Shown: positions 46,484-58,100 of the stretch, piece by piece | Layout: each line of letters starts with the position of its first letter | Numbering within the stretch: the first letter of the stretch is position 1 | From: a virus | Lineage: Duplodnaviria > Caudoviricetes | Strand: one strand, 5' to 3' | Virus record (IMG/VR): IMGVR_UViG_3300014204_000145 | Coordinates: 26,834 to 90,833 of that record | Length of the DNA: 64,000 nt | Made by a program: the position numbers and the translations under genes | Notes under the pieces: model-generated | Database searches by the model: none | Seen by the model: the letters and a program-made list of their open reading frames with translations, nothing else | What the model was told of the DNA's origin: nothing

Positions 46484-49400
46484 TGGAAGAAGTTAACAGA
46501 TTAATAAAAGGGTTGAATACAGATGTTCACCCTTCTATGCAACCTGAGAATACAATGAGAGACTGTTGGAACTTTGTTCCAATGGATACAGGTGGTAATG
46601 CTTTTGCTGTAACTAATGAGAGTGGAACAGTACTAATGGATAATATCGTATTTCCAACTGGCTTCTCTGTAATAGGTTCTAAAGTATTAGATAACGATAT
46701 TATAGTGATATTAGCTCATGCAGATGGTTATTCTCAAGTAGGTTATATAAGAGAAGACGGAACTACTTCTCAATATCATGCAGTAGCTCCTTACAATCCT
46801 GCCACACTCTCTGTACCTAATAACAACTCTGAATTTGGTTTCTCTCTTTTGCATCCTGTAGATTGTGAGGCTAGAAAACTTATTAATGGGAATAGAATAC
46901 TATATTACACAGATAATAATGTTCCTTTTGGACAGGTTAATTTAGACAACCCTCCTGAAGTAGGTTCTGTAATAAGTACTAGTAGTTTAGCTTTTACCCA
47001 AAAAGTACCTTATATAACTATTACTAATATTAACGAAAATGTTGCTAGTACCATAAAAGCAGGGGCAGTACAATTCACAACTCGATATGTCACTTCTGCA
47101 GGAGATACTACAAATTTTGGGTTAGCGTCTAATCTAATATCTCTTACTAAGAGTTATAAAATTGATGGTGTAGACCAATATGAAGGTGCTTATGCTACAG
47201 CAGGTACTATAGGTAAATCTTTAGACTTAACAATAACTAATGTAGATACTCAATATAACGAACTAGAACTTATTGCTATTTACTATGAAGATGATATACT
47301 TAAAGCTTGTGTTGTAGAAACAATACCTATCTCAACAGATGAAATAGTAACAACATATACAGGCCCTGTTACAGAAGGAATGATAGATTTAACTTTAGAA
47401 GAGTTGAGAAAAATGTCTGTATCTTACACTAAAGCAAAATGTATAGCTCAAAAAGACAACACGCTATTCCTATCAAACTTGTCTTCCCCTAATACAGGGA
47501 ATGATGAAATGTTACAAAGAATTGCTAATAAAGTTGAGGTAAGTTACTCGGTACATGAGATACCTTTCTCAAATAGAGGAGAAACAGGAGACCAAGATTT
47601 TACAGATTATGTTGAAGAATTAAATACTCTTGAAAAAGGGTATAGAAGAAATGAAGTGTACTCCCTAGGCTTTTATCTTTTATATAAAGACGGAACAAAA
47701 AGTTATAACTATCATATACCAGGGAAAAGTATTGCAGCAACTACTGTGGGTAAAAAACCAAGTCCTACTTGGGTAACATCTTATAGAACAGGAGAACACT
47801 CTGCTATTTTAGGAACTTTTATATCTACAGTCACATATCCTAATAATCAACAGTATCCAGGTAATACTACTTCAGGAGATGATAATAGAGTAGGCATAGT
47901 TGGGCCAACAGGATTAGAAAGAAATGTAAGACACCACTTGATGCCTAGTCTAGAGATAGAACCTCACTACAGAGTTTCAAGTGGTACAACCTATATTAGA
48001 ACATTAGATTTAAGTTTTAATTTTACAGAAAATATCCCTACTAATATACTAGCAAGTGTAGATAGTATAGTTTTTACAAGAGAGAGAAGAAACACAGCTC
48101 AAAATAAATCATTACATGCACAAGGTATTATTAATAGAATGGTAGCTTCTGCAGACGATTATAATAATGACAGTTATGTAGATAACACAGTATCAGTTGG
48201 AGGAATACCTACAGGATACATAAAAACTGAAATGCCTCTATTTAATAATTTAGAGAGTATAAGTTTTACAGGAGACCAATTAGAATGGACTTCAGCCCAT
48301 ACAAACGGAGGTGTTGCGTATCCAAACTTCACTAATAATTGCTTTCCTACAGGAACTTATGCAGAGGGTACAAAACTTAACACAGAAATTTTTAATAGGC
48401 ATATCATGTTTCATTCACCTGAAACAGATTTGAATACAGAAAGTCCTGCAGTGCAAGCTGAGAACTTTCAAGGTGCTTTTTTTAATCCTTCCCTTATTTT
48501 AACAGGAACATATGAACAAAAAAGTTTTGGTTCAGACACTTGGGGAAAACTTCATGATAGTCTTATAGGTACTATAGAATACTTAGAGGACTATATGTAT
48601 GCGGATTATCATGGTTCTTTCAAGAACTATGCAACATCTCCTTTAAGCAGTCTTTCAAAACCTTCTATAGTTGCAGGTAGGACAACTTTACCTAGTGTAG
48701 ATAGAGTAGAAGAGGCTTTAGATATCTCTAATCTAGGTTTTTTAACATCAACAAGATGGAGTAATGGAGGTTTTGAAGCTGTTTGTAATACAGATTTTTC
48801 AGAAGAAGGAGGTACAACATTTAGTATAAAGAATAACATAAATGCAGAAGTATTACATGGTATTAATGACGGTATTACTGTATACGACACTTCCTATACA
48901 GAAATTATAGAAGGAAGTGGAGTAGAAGCTACCACAGGAACTTTACAAAGGATTCTGTATAATCTAGAAACAGTAAATGGAGCACAGTACAGTAGTATTG
49001 GATATGGTGAATATATTCCTATAGGAAGACGTGAAGCATATGTTATTCAACAAGGAAGTGTGGTATTTAGAACATTATATAATTATGTTGGTGGGGGAGA
49101 TACTATAATATCTAAGTATGCTTTTACTAATGGTAATTTAATACCTTACTTTCCTTTTACAAGTAAATATGGTAATTTATTTGCAGACCAAACTGCTATA
49201 AATAATCCTTCAAATCTTTTATCTAAAGTAGGAGGGGATTTAAGTTCACACAGTGAAAATGGAAGAGATGCCACTTATGTGCAAATAGATGAAATTATTA
49301 AAGGAGGAGGGAATAATCAAAAAGGGACAGCTTGCGGTTGGGATTTTAGAAGTACTACATACTTCTTTGTAGAATCTGATATAAATACGAATTTTAGACA

Positions 49401-50838
49401 TAATGATGGTGTTAATAAATACTATCCTAAAAATACTGCTATAGATGTTTTAAGTGGACATGTACCTTATTTTGGACAAAACAATCAACTATACAATAAT
49501 ATATATTCTTATGAGAATACTGTTATAACCTCTTATCCTAAAACTTCCACAACAACTATTATAAATAGTTTTGAAAATAGAACTATATACAGTGAAAAGG
49601 CCTCCTCAGATGAAACACTAGATTCTTATAGAATCATACCTCAAAACTATTACTATGACCTACCAGCTCATACAGGGCCTATTTGGGATAGTTTTGTATT
49701 ATTTAATCAACTGTTTTTACACACACCTAAGAGTCTATGGAGAACATTTGCAGAACCTGCAGCTACACTACAAGGAGCTAACATCTCTGATGTTGTACTT
49801 GGAGTAGGTGGATTGTTTGCAAGACCTTCTCAAGAGATATTTACAGCAACAGGTGGATATGGGGGAACTATATCTCAATTTGGTGGTGTGCATTCTAATA
49901 TAGGTTACATATTTCCAGATGTATTACAAGGAAAAATATTTGGACTTGTTGTAGGAGAAAACGGCCCTTACTTAAAAGAACTTTCAGAAGAGGGTATGCA
50001 ATCTTTTTACCATATTAATATGCCCTTAGAACTAACAAGTTTTTCAACAGGTTTAAATTTCAATAATGTAAATTCTCAGAACGCATACTTAATAGACAAC
50101 CCTTTCATGGGTATTGGTTTTTCAGGCGGTTATGATTTTAAATTAAAAAGATTTTGGATTATTAAACACCCTACTTATGACATTAATGATGATGTTGTTG
50201 ATGCAGGTTTTACTTTAAGTTATTCTACAATATTAAATAATTGGTTTAGTTTTCATAACTACTCTCCAAATCTTATTTGGTCTTTAGGTAATAGAACACT
50301 ATTTATACAAAATAATGATGTAAATAATAATGATACAGCAAACTGTTGGGAAATGAATCTTGGAGAAAAAGGTTCATATTTTAATGCTCCATATCCCTTC
50401 CCTTCTAAAATAAAACTTAGTTCAGCAGCAGAAATAGGTATGAATAAGGTATATCAAAATTTAGATATAAAATCATTTTCTCAAAATGGTACATTAAAAG
50501 TCAGAGATGATAACTTTAATTTAATCCAAGTGTATAACGATAAGATGAATTCAGGGGAACTTTATTTAGTGCCAGGTAATACTTTTGCACCAACTAAGAA
50601 TTTTGATGAGGTATTCTACAAGTACAGAAATGATGAGTATAGAGTAGCTATACCTAGAGATAGTGTAATAGATAATTCTGATAATATAAATATCTTAACA
50701 AATTTAGATAGTTCTCAGACTTTTAGAGAACGTATTAAAGGAATTTATGCTAACTTTGCATTAACTTATAACAATACAGACAATTATAATTTCTTTTTAA
50801 AACAAATAAATATTATATTTAACAAAAATATCAGATAA
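46483..50838 (+). CDS. Muzzle/tail stabilisation protein (P22 gp10-like)
   Basis: 1451 aa; KGLNTD N-terminus, ILYYTDN, GYRRNEVYSLG, beta-rich. Confidence 0.75.
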   Translation: MEEVNRLIKGLNTDVHPSMQPENTMRDCWNFVPMDTGGNAFAVTNESGTVLMDNIVFPTGFSVIGSKVLDNDIIVILAHADGYSQVGYIREDGTTSQYHAVAPYNPATLSVPNNNSEFGFSLLHPVDCEARKLINGNRILYYTDNNVPFGQVNLDNPPEVGSVISTSSLAFTQKVPYITITNINENVASTIKAGAVQFTTRYVTSAGDTTNFGLASNLISLTKSYKIDGVDQYEGAYATAGTIGKSLDLTITNVDTQYNELELIAIYYEDDILKACVVETIPISTDEIVTTYTGPVTEGMIDLTLEELRKMSVSYTKAKCIAQKDNTLFLSNLSSPNTGNDEMLQRIANKVEVSYSVHEIPFSNRGETGDQDFTDYVEELNTLEKGYRRNEVYSLGFYLLYKDGTKSYNYHIPGKSIAATTVGKKPSPTWVTSYRTGEHSAILGTFISTVTYPNNQQYPGNTTSGDDNRVGIVGPTGLERNVRHHLMPSLEIEPHYRVSSGTTYIRTLDLSFNFTENIPTNILASVDSIVFTRERRNTAQNKSLHAQGIINRMVASADDYNNDSYVDNTVSVGGIPTGYIKTEMPLFNNLESISFTGDQLEWTSAHTNGGVAYPNFTNNCFPTGTYAEGTKLNTEIFNRHIMFHSPETDLNTESPAVQAENFQGAFFNPSLILTGTYEQKSFGSDTWGKLHDSLIGTIEYLEDYMYADYHGSFKNYATSPLSSLSKPSIVAGRTTLPSVDRVEEALDISNLGFLTSTRWSNGGFEAVCNTDFSEEGGTTFSIKNNINAEVLHGINDGITVYDTSYTEIIEGSGVEATTGTLQRILYNLETVNGAQYSSIGYGEYIPIGRREAYVIQQGSVVFRTLYNYVGGGDTIISKYAFTNGNLIPYFPFTSKYGNLFADQTAINNPSNLLSKVGGDLSSHSENGRDATYVQIDEIIKGGGNNQKGTACGWDFRSTTYFFVESDINTNFRHNDGVNKYYPKNTAIDVLSGHVPYFGQNNQLYNNIYSYENTVITSYPKTSTTTIINSFENRTIYSEKASSDETLDSYRIIPQNYYYDLPAHTGPIWDSFVLFNQLFLHTPKSLWRTFAEPAATLQGANISDVVLGVGGLFARPSQEIFTATGGYGGTISQFGGVHSNIGYIFPDVLQGKIFGLVVGENGPYLKELSEEGMQSFYHINMPLELTSFSTGLNFNNVNSQNAYLIDNPFMGIGFSGGYDFKLKRFWIIKHPTYDINDDVVDAGFTLSYSTILNNWFSFHNYSPNLIWSLGNRTLFIQNNDVNNNDTANCWEMNLGEKGSYFNAPYPFPSKIKLSSAAEIGMNKVYQNLDIKSFSQNGTLKVRDDNFNLIQVYNDKMNSGELYLVPGNTFAPTKNFDEVFYKYRNDEYRVAIPRDSVIDNSDNINILTNLDSSQTFRERIKGIYANFALTYNNTDNYNFFLKQINIIFNKNIR

Positions 50839-52742
50839 TGGCAAATGAAAACTACTATGGAGTACAGAAAACTCCTGAAACAAAAGTAAGAGGAGGTGCC
50901 GAAATGGGTACAGGAGTCATAGGAGGTATGGGTACAGGTGCTCAACTTGGGATGAAAACAGGAAACCCCTATCTCACTGCAATAGGTGCAGTAGCAGGAG
51001 GGATGATATCTGCTTCTGCTCAAGTCTCTGGGAGAGCCGCTGAAAAAAGACAAGCAGATGCAGAAGGGTCAAGAAATATGTTTATAGAAGACCTACAAAA
51101 ACAAAAAGGTTCTCAATATGAATATATAGGTGTACAAGCTAAAAAGGGTTTAAAAGCTCGTTACGATTCTAAAGTAGAAGTAGAAAGTCTTAATGGAATA
51201 GGTGAGATTGTTTTAGATAAAAATAAGAATATTAAGTATGTATCAACAGGCGATAAACCTCATACAGAAGGAGGGGATAAACTTCCTTTTACTTTGAAAA
51301 AAGGAGATTCAGTTATTCCTACACAAGGTGATACTAAAGCTCAAGAAAAAGTATTAAGTCTTGTTAAAAGATTTAAGATTAAAGGTGACAGAATGGCAGG
51401 TAAAGAACTTGATAATATTATAGATAAACTACCTTCTGAAGAAGACTACGGTTATGAAGAAGGAGAAACAAAAAAATTCTATGCAGGAAGAGGTGGAGAA
51501 AGACCAAAAGGTATAGATGACCCTAATTCAGAAATGTATATAGGAAGATACTATACTAAAGACAGTACACCACAAGTACCACAAGAAGTAGGACAAAATT
51601 TAATAGGTGCAAAACCTAATTTAAATAGTACAGCACCTACATCAACAAGTATAAACACGAAACCACTAGGAGCTAATATAACCTCTAAAGCTGGTTTTGG
51701 AAAAGACTACACAGGTAATGCTTACCAAATGAATAATGAATCAGGAGAAGTGTCTTACATTAAAAAAGGTAAAGATAAATATGAAATGGCTAATCCTGAT
51801 GAGGCTACAGCTATTAAAAGAAATATTTTTGGTGTAAAACCTCATATAGAGCAAAATCTATCAAGTCAAGGTTTAAGCACAAGTAGTGTTCCTAATACAA
51901 CAAGTATTACAACAAAACCTTCTACATCAGACTATTCAGGTATCAATCCTGAAACAGGTAATAGATATACATCTTTAGAAGAATACCAAGGTGTTGATAA
52001 AACTTATAGTTCAATACCTACTATGAAAAATAGACAAGACCCTACTAAGTATGCTTCAGCTATTAGTAATATGATACAAGGTGCAGCACCTGCTGAACGT
52101 ACTGAAAGACGTTCTTATACTCCAAATGATATGAGATATAAGGATATGTCAGCAGAACAAAGAGCAGCTATTGTAGAACAACGTAATGCTTCTTTAGGTA
52201 GTCTAAGAGGACGTGGATTAAGTGCAGGACAAGAACAAGCTTATGCTTCACAAATTGGTGCACAAGCTATTAGAGAGTCAGGTAAAGTAAATGCTTTAGA
52301 AGCTCAAAGATATGACCAAGTTAACAATGCTAATATACAAAGTCGTAATCAAGCAGGTGCTATGAACACACAAATGGCTGCTAGATATGATGAAATAGAT
52401 GCTCAAAACAGAGCAGCTAAACAAGCTTATACAGACCAAGGTATAAAAGATATATCTCAATTTGGTCAGGTAAATGAAAACAAACGTTACATGATGGATA
52501 GAGATGCTAAGGCTTATGCTATGCAAGATAAAGCTTTAGACTTAACAGGAAGTGAACACTTTAAAATTGAGAATAAAGAGAACTGGGGTAATGTTGTTTA
52601 CAAACAAGATGAAGCAACTGGTGAGTATAAACCTACTGAAAAGGTTCATAAAGTTGGAGATGAAATCTTAACAGAAGATGGTAAGAGATTCAGATTCACA
52701 GGTAAGAGTGGTATAGGTGGTTGGGAAGAAGTAAAACAATAA
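50838..52742 (+). CDS. Ejected cargo protein
   Basis: N-terminal Gly-rich hydrophobic segment, VEVES...GE...PHTEGG motif, A/Q-rich helical C-terminus. Confidence 0.6.
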   Translation: MANENYYGVQKTPETKVRGGAEMGTGVIGGMGTGAQLGMKTGNPYLTAIGAVAGGMISASAQVSGRAAEKRQADAEGSRNMFIEDLQKQKGSQYEYIGVQAKKGLKARYDSKVEVESLNGIGEIVLDKNKNIKYVSTGDKPHTEGGDKLPFTLKKGDSVIPTQGDTKAQEKVLSLVKRFKIKGDRMAGKELDNIIDKLPSEEDYGYEEGETKKFYAGRGGERPKGIDDPNSEMYIGRYYTKDSTPQVPQEVGQNLIGAKPNLNSTAPTSTSINTKPLGANITSKAGFGKDYTGNAYQMNNESGEVSYIKKGKDKYEMANPDEATAIKRNIFGVKPHIEQNLSSQGLSTSSVPNTTSITTKPSTSDYSGINPETGNRYTSLEEYQGVDKTYSSIPTMKNRQDPTKYASAISNMIQGAAPAERTERRSYTPNDMRYKDMSAEQRAAIVEQRNASLGSLRGRGLSAGQEQAYASQIGAQAIRESGKVNALEAQRYDQVNNANIQSRNQAGAMNTQMAARYDEIDAQNRAAKQAYTDQGIKDISQFGQVNENKRYMMDRDAKAYAMQDKALDLTGSEHFKIENKENWGNVVYKQDEATGEYKPTEKVHKVGDEILTEDGKRFRFTGKSGIGGWEEVKQ

Positions 52743-52754
52743 AAATTAGGAATT

Positions 52755-55118
52755 ATGGCAGTAAATAGATTTAATAAACCTTTAGCAACAGATGTACAAC
52801 AAACTTACGTAAGTCAATTTGTGCCTCTGCCTTTTGATTTAATATCTAAAAGAATAGATAGAGAAGAAGAATCTTTTGCAAAGAACAAAGGTGCAGCAGA
52901 TGCTTTAAGAGCAGCTTTAGGTGATAAAGTCATACAATATGATAATCCTATTATGGACAGTTTTATTAATAATGCTAATACCATTATGGATGAAAAGCTA
53001 AGTCAATATAAAGGAGATTATAGACAATTAGACCAAACTACAAAAGATATTGCTAATCAATATAAACAATTCATTACAACAGGGCAAGGAGCATTATTAT
53101 TAACTAATAAAGCAACTAGAGATAAAAATATAGAAGACATAGATAAATCTAATATTGAAAGTGTTTATAAAGACCGTATCAAACAATATGATGATTTAAA
53201 CTATGAAGATGCAGGTGGTGGAGCAGCAGGTAATCAATATAGGACTACTAAAGCTTACGACTTACAAGACTTCAATAAAAAAGTAATTGAGTCTATAGAT
53301 AAATTAAAAACTGATGAGACATCAGATTCTACTTATTACATAGATGAGAACAACGGTTTAATTGTAGAAAAAGACAGCCAAACCGCTAGAGTATCAGACC
53401 CACGTATATTAGCTGCAGTAGCAACAACATTAGATACTGATGCTAATTGGAATGATATGATAAAAACACAATATAAAGTAGATTCTAGATTAGGTTATAT
53501 GCCAACAATAAATGGTAAACAATTATCCCTTGATGAATTTAGAAAATATAAATTAGACCAAGTAAAAGCTAATAAAGCTGAAGCATTTGGTTATACTCAA
53601 ACTAAAACAAAGTATGGTGTAAAAGAAACAGCAGAGCATGCTGCAAGAGGAACTAAAGAAGGTTCTGCAGATATATCACCTGCTGTTACAAACAATCAAC
53701 AACAAGCTATGACTGCTGCAGAAAGTTTAGACGGTGTAGATGGAATACAATCATATAAGAAAAATGTATCAAAATATAACGATGCTAATATAGGAGCCTT
53801 ACGAGGTATTTATACTTCTCAAAATGGAAATAAATCGGAGGAAGAGTTTAATAATACTGTATCAAAAAATATGCAATCTTATTATAAGAATACACATATG
53901 TCTTGGAATACACCTAATATGAGGAATATGTTCTTTCAAGATATAGCGAATGGGTATGTAAAAATGGAAGACTTGCAAGGGATTGTAAAAACACAAGCAC
54001 AATATGAAGACTTAAAGAAAACTGCTAAAGCTAACTTAGCTAAGAGAGAAAAGTATGAAAGAGTATATCTAGATGCTGCAAAAGATTTAGTAGGTAAAGA
54101 TATTACAAAAGAAGAGTATGCAGCTTATGAAAAACATTTTGAAGCAGCTTATGATGATAAACCTACTAAAGGTAGAAAAACAAGCGAGTTTGTAGTGTAT
54201 ACAGCACCTGAGGATGCATACAGAGACCCTACTAAAGCTAAAGCAGCAGGTATAGCTTCTGTAAGTGCTCCTGTGGCAAAAGTAATGGCAGCTTTAGATA
54301 AACAAGATGAGTTTATTAAAGGAAGAGTAGAGTACGCTAAAAACGTATCTATAAATGTTAATAGTATTAATGCTATACCTACTTTAGATAAAAGTGGTAA
54401 AGGGTATGAATACAACACTCAGAAGTGGGAAGAAGTACGTAAAGTAATGTCTACAGGAACTATGAAAGAAAATATGTTGACTAATACAGTGTTTAGTTAT
54501 GTAGATGATAAAGGTAAAGTTGTTGACGTAGAAGGTGTATCAGCTTTAGCTGATTTAGAACTTCAAAAAGATGCAACTTATCAAACCTTATTAAAAGACC
54601 CTAAAAAAGCTTCACAGGCAGCAACAGTAAAAAAAGAAAAAGAGACAGAACTATTAAGTAGTATGAACCTTATGACTTCTTTTGAGCCAGGCACAAAAGA
54701 TGCAGCTATTACAATAGGTAAATATAAAACTGTATTGAGTCCAGGTAAGAACAATCAAATGTATACTACTATATTTAGTAATATGTCAGCAGATGCTAAA
54801 GTTTTTATGAGTGTACAAAGTAATAAATTAAACTTATTAAACTCTCCTGCAGAAAGTATAAGAGTAGTAGATGGCATAGAATTAGTTTGTGACGGTAAAC
54901 CTAGTTCAGTATCTGTACAAAGTTTAGGAAATTTTGATACTAAGATAAAACTCTCTCCTGTTTACACAGCAGGTAAAGGTACTGTTATATTAACAGAAGA
55001 CCAAACAGATGAATTCTTAACTTTCATAGAAGCTGCTAAAGAAACAGGAGTTTATGGAGGACGTAAGAATTTAGAAGAATATATAAAATTAGACTTAGTA
55101 CCAAACTTTATACAATAA
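52755..55118 (+). CDS. Large virion/ejected protein of the RNA polymerase locus
   Basis: 787 aa, YVSQFVPLPFD N-terminus; synteny. Confidence 0.6.
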   Translation: MAVNRFNKPLATDVQQTYVSQFVPLPFDLISKRIDREEESFAKNKGAADALRAALGDKVIQYDNPIMDSFINNANTIMDEKLSQYKGDYRQLDQTTKDIANQYKQFITTGQGALLLTNKATRDKNIEDIDKSNIESVYKDRIKQYDDLNYEDAGGGAAGNQYRTTKAYDLQDFNKKVIESIDKLKTDETSDSTYYIDENNGLIVEKDSQTARVSDPRILAAVATTLDTDANWNDMIKTQYKVDSRLGYMPTINGKQLSLDEFRKYKLDQVKANKAEAFGYTQTKTKYGVKETAEHAARGTKEGSADISPAVTNNQQQAMTAAESLDGVDGIQSYKKNVSKYNDANIGALRGIYTSQNGNKSEEEFNNTVSKNMQSYYKNTHMSWNTPNMRNMFFQDIANGYVKMEDLQGIVKTQAQYEDLKKTAKANLAKREKYERVYLDAAKDLVGKDITKEEYAAYEKHFEAAYDDKPTKGRKTSEFVVYTAPEDAYRDPTKAKAAGIASVSAPVAKVMAALDKQDEFIKGRVEYAKNVSINVNSINAIPTLDKSGKGYEYNTQKWEEVRKVMSTGTMKENMLTNTVFSYVDDKGKVVDVEGVSALADLELQKDATYQTLLKDPKKASQAATVKKEKETELLSSMNLMTSFEPGTKDAAITIGKYKTVLSPGKNNQMYTTIFSNMSADAKVFMSVQSNKLNLLNSPAESIRVVDGIELVCDGKPSSVSVQSLGNFDTKIKLSPVYTAGKGTVILTEDQTDEFLTFIEAAKETGVYGGRKNLEEYIKLDLVPNFIQ

Positions 55119-55121
55119 AAT

Positions 55122-58100
55122 ATGCCTAAGACCTTAGAGGAATTAAGAATAGAACGTGATGCTGCTTTAAAAGCTGCAAACGAACAACAGAAAGCACAGG
55201 TAAAAGAAGATGTTAAGCAAGGTGTAATTCCACAAGAGTTACACCAAAACACTTTTAGAGCAGGTACTCTTAATGAAAGAACTACAGATGAAATTAGAGA
55301 AGCAGGGCTTGATGTTACAGAAAAATTAAATGACCCCACTTTTGATAAGAAAGCTATAGACCAATTATTTTATGATAATCAAAGTTGGTACGGTAATTTA
55401 GGTAGAAGTGTAGCAAGAGCACCTTTCGTAGGTTCTGCACAAGCTGCAAGAGGATTTACATATTTATTAGATGCAACAAGTATGTTTGGCCCTGTGTTAA
55501 CTAATATAGAACAGTTGTTTAATGAAGATGTAATAGGTGGTAAGGGTACTTGGGATAAAACAACTAATAGCTTTGCAGAATACTTAAAGGGATTAGAAGA
55601 GAACGCAAGAGCAGACCAATTCTTAGGGATGGACTCTAACTGGGCAGACCCTAGTAAAGATTATAAAGTAGAAACATTTGATAGAAACTGGTGGTCACAA
55701 GGTGTAGGCGGTGCTTTGGAGTCTGCAGTATCATTTGGAATGATAGGTGGTGGTGTTGGTATGGGTATGAAAGCTCTTGTAAGTAAAGCAGCATTAGCTC
55801 CTTTATTAGAACAAGCTGTTGTAAAAGGTGCTTCAGCACTTGCTACAAACTATGTAGAGTCTGTAATATCTTCTGACCAATTATATGATGATGTTTATAT
55901 ACAAGTACTAGATAAAACTAAAGATGAGACACAAGCTAAGAAAGCAGCTTGGACAGCTCAAAGAAAATATATACTAGAGAATAAGATATGGGCTGTAGGA
56001 GACTACATTGCCTTAGGCGGTATTTTAAGTGGTAAAGGTATGCTTGATGAAACTTTTAAAAGAAGTTTTGCTCAAAATGCTATTAAAACTGCTAAATCTG
56101 TTGGTAATGAAATGGTGGAAGAGTTTGGTCAAGATTGGAGTGCAACAGAGATAAAAAGAAATGCTCTTATTAATAATGGTATTATAAAAGAACAAGAAGG
56201 TGATGACACTCCTCTAGCTTATGCTGACCGTATGTGGTCGTTTGCTAAGAACGAAGGTTGGGAGTCGGCTTTTTGGGGTGGTGTAGGAGGCCCTATGCAA
56301 TCTTCTTTAAGTAGATTAGTAGGTATGAAAGAACTAAGACGTTCTTCAGAAGACCCAGGAATTTTTAATGAACAAGAACCTACTGCACCTTCTTCTAAAA
56401 AACCTAATGTTTCTCAAGACCCAGGTTCTTATTCAGATTGGGTTGAAGGTAAATACATGACTAAAAAACTAGATGTTGAAACTTTATCTAAAGCTAAATC
56501 AGGTGAGATAGAAATAGAATCAGGAGATTTAGATAATTATAAAATGCAACAAGAGACTTTCAAAAAAGACTATGAAAGTAATAAAGAAGCTTATGATGAA
56601 CATAAACAATATGAAAAATCTGTAGAAGATTATGGATTCAGAAAAGCTGAACATGAACAAAAAGTAAAAGAATACAATAATAAAAAAGTATTAGAAAATA
56701 CAGGAACTGTTAAACAGGCTGTAGAGGACGTACAAGCTTATATTAAATCTGAAGCAGAGTTAAAAGACTCTTATAAAAAAGCTATGGAAACAGGTGATGA
56801 TATCACTATGCAAGATATAGAAAATCAACGTATGGAAATGCTATTCTTACGTTATGCTAAAAGAGGTGCTGTAGGTGGTGGGCCAGGTTCTTTACAACAT
56901 CAATTAAAAGAAGTTGCAGAGAAGAAAGCTGAATCACCTGAAGAACAAGAACAAAAAGAGATTGCTAAAAAATTTCTAGAAGCTATTCCTGAGTTTAGAA
57001 AACAGTATATTGAAATGCTCAGAGATAAGAATAAATCTAAGATGATAGATTTTGCTTTTAAAAATAAAGCAAGATTAGCTTCTACAGAGAAAGTCTTACA
57101 AACTCTTGATGCAGAGATACAAAAAGATATATTAGAACTTGCTAATAAATCTGTTGCTACACAAGGTGAAGCAATAGACTATGATGTGCTTAAAACTGTG
57201 TCTTTAGGACAAGAAGAAATTGCACTTAAACAAGTTATAGAAAGATTAGGTAAAAATGATACTGAAGCTTCAGGTGCCTTAAAGGGTTTATTACAAAATA
57301 AAGTAGATGCTTTAGCAAAACAGAAAGATGAACTATTAGAAACTTTAAAGGAGAATCCTAAGAAATTAGATACTATCTCTAAACTTTCTAAAGAGAAAGA
57401 ATTCTTAACAAAGTTAAATAAAGACATTGCAAATAAAGCAAATGCTTATGAAGCTTATGAAGGTTATAGCCTTATGCAAAAAGGTATAGATTCAGGTGAT
57501 ATCCTTAAAAAAGCTAATAGAACTGAAGTAGACTTTTTAAATGAAGCTATAGATAAAGCAGACACTTTACAAAGAATCAAAGAGATAGATACCTATTTAC
57601 AAAGTGGAGAAGATACTTTAAATTCTTTTCAACGGAGTAGACTAGGTAAAGCAATGGCACATAAAAGAGGTGTTATAGCTTTTAAACAAAAACAAAAAGA
57701 ACAAGAATTAGAAATTAGAGAAAAAGCTAGAGAGATTATAAAAGAGAATACTAATCATATCAATGAAGAGTACCTTTCTCCTAGCAGACATATAAAAAAC
57801 TTTAAAAAGATGCTAAAAGGTTTATCTAGTGCAGAGCTAGAACAAAACAAAGAAAGCATCATGAAAGATATAGATAGTGTTATAAAATATGCTTCTGCTT
57901 ATAAAGCTACTAGTAGAGTAGAGCAAAAGATTATACAAACACTGTTAAAAAGAGAATTAGCTAAGAAAGAAATCTTAACTCAATATCTAACGGATAAAAC
58001 TATACCTCAAGTAGAAGTTCAACAAGAAGTTACTCCTTTAGATAATGTAGTAGAGAAAGTATTAGATGGTCAAGACTTAAACTCTGAAGATTTAACCACA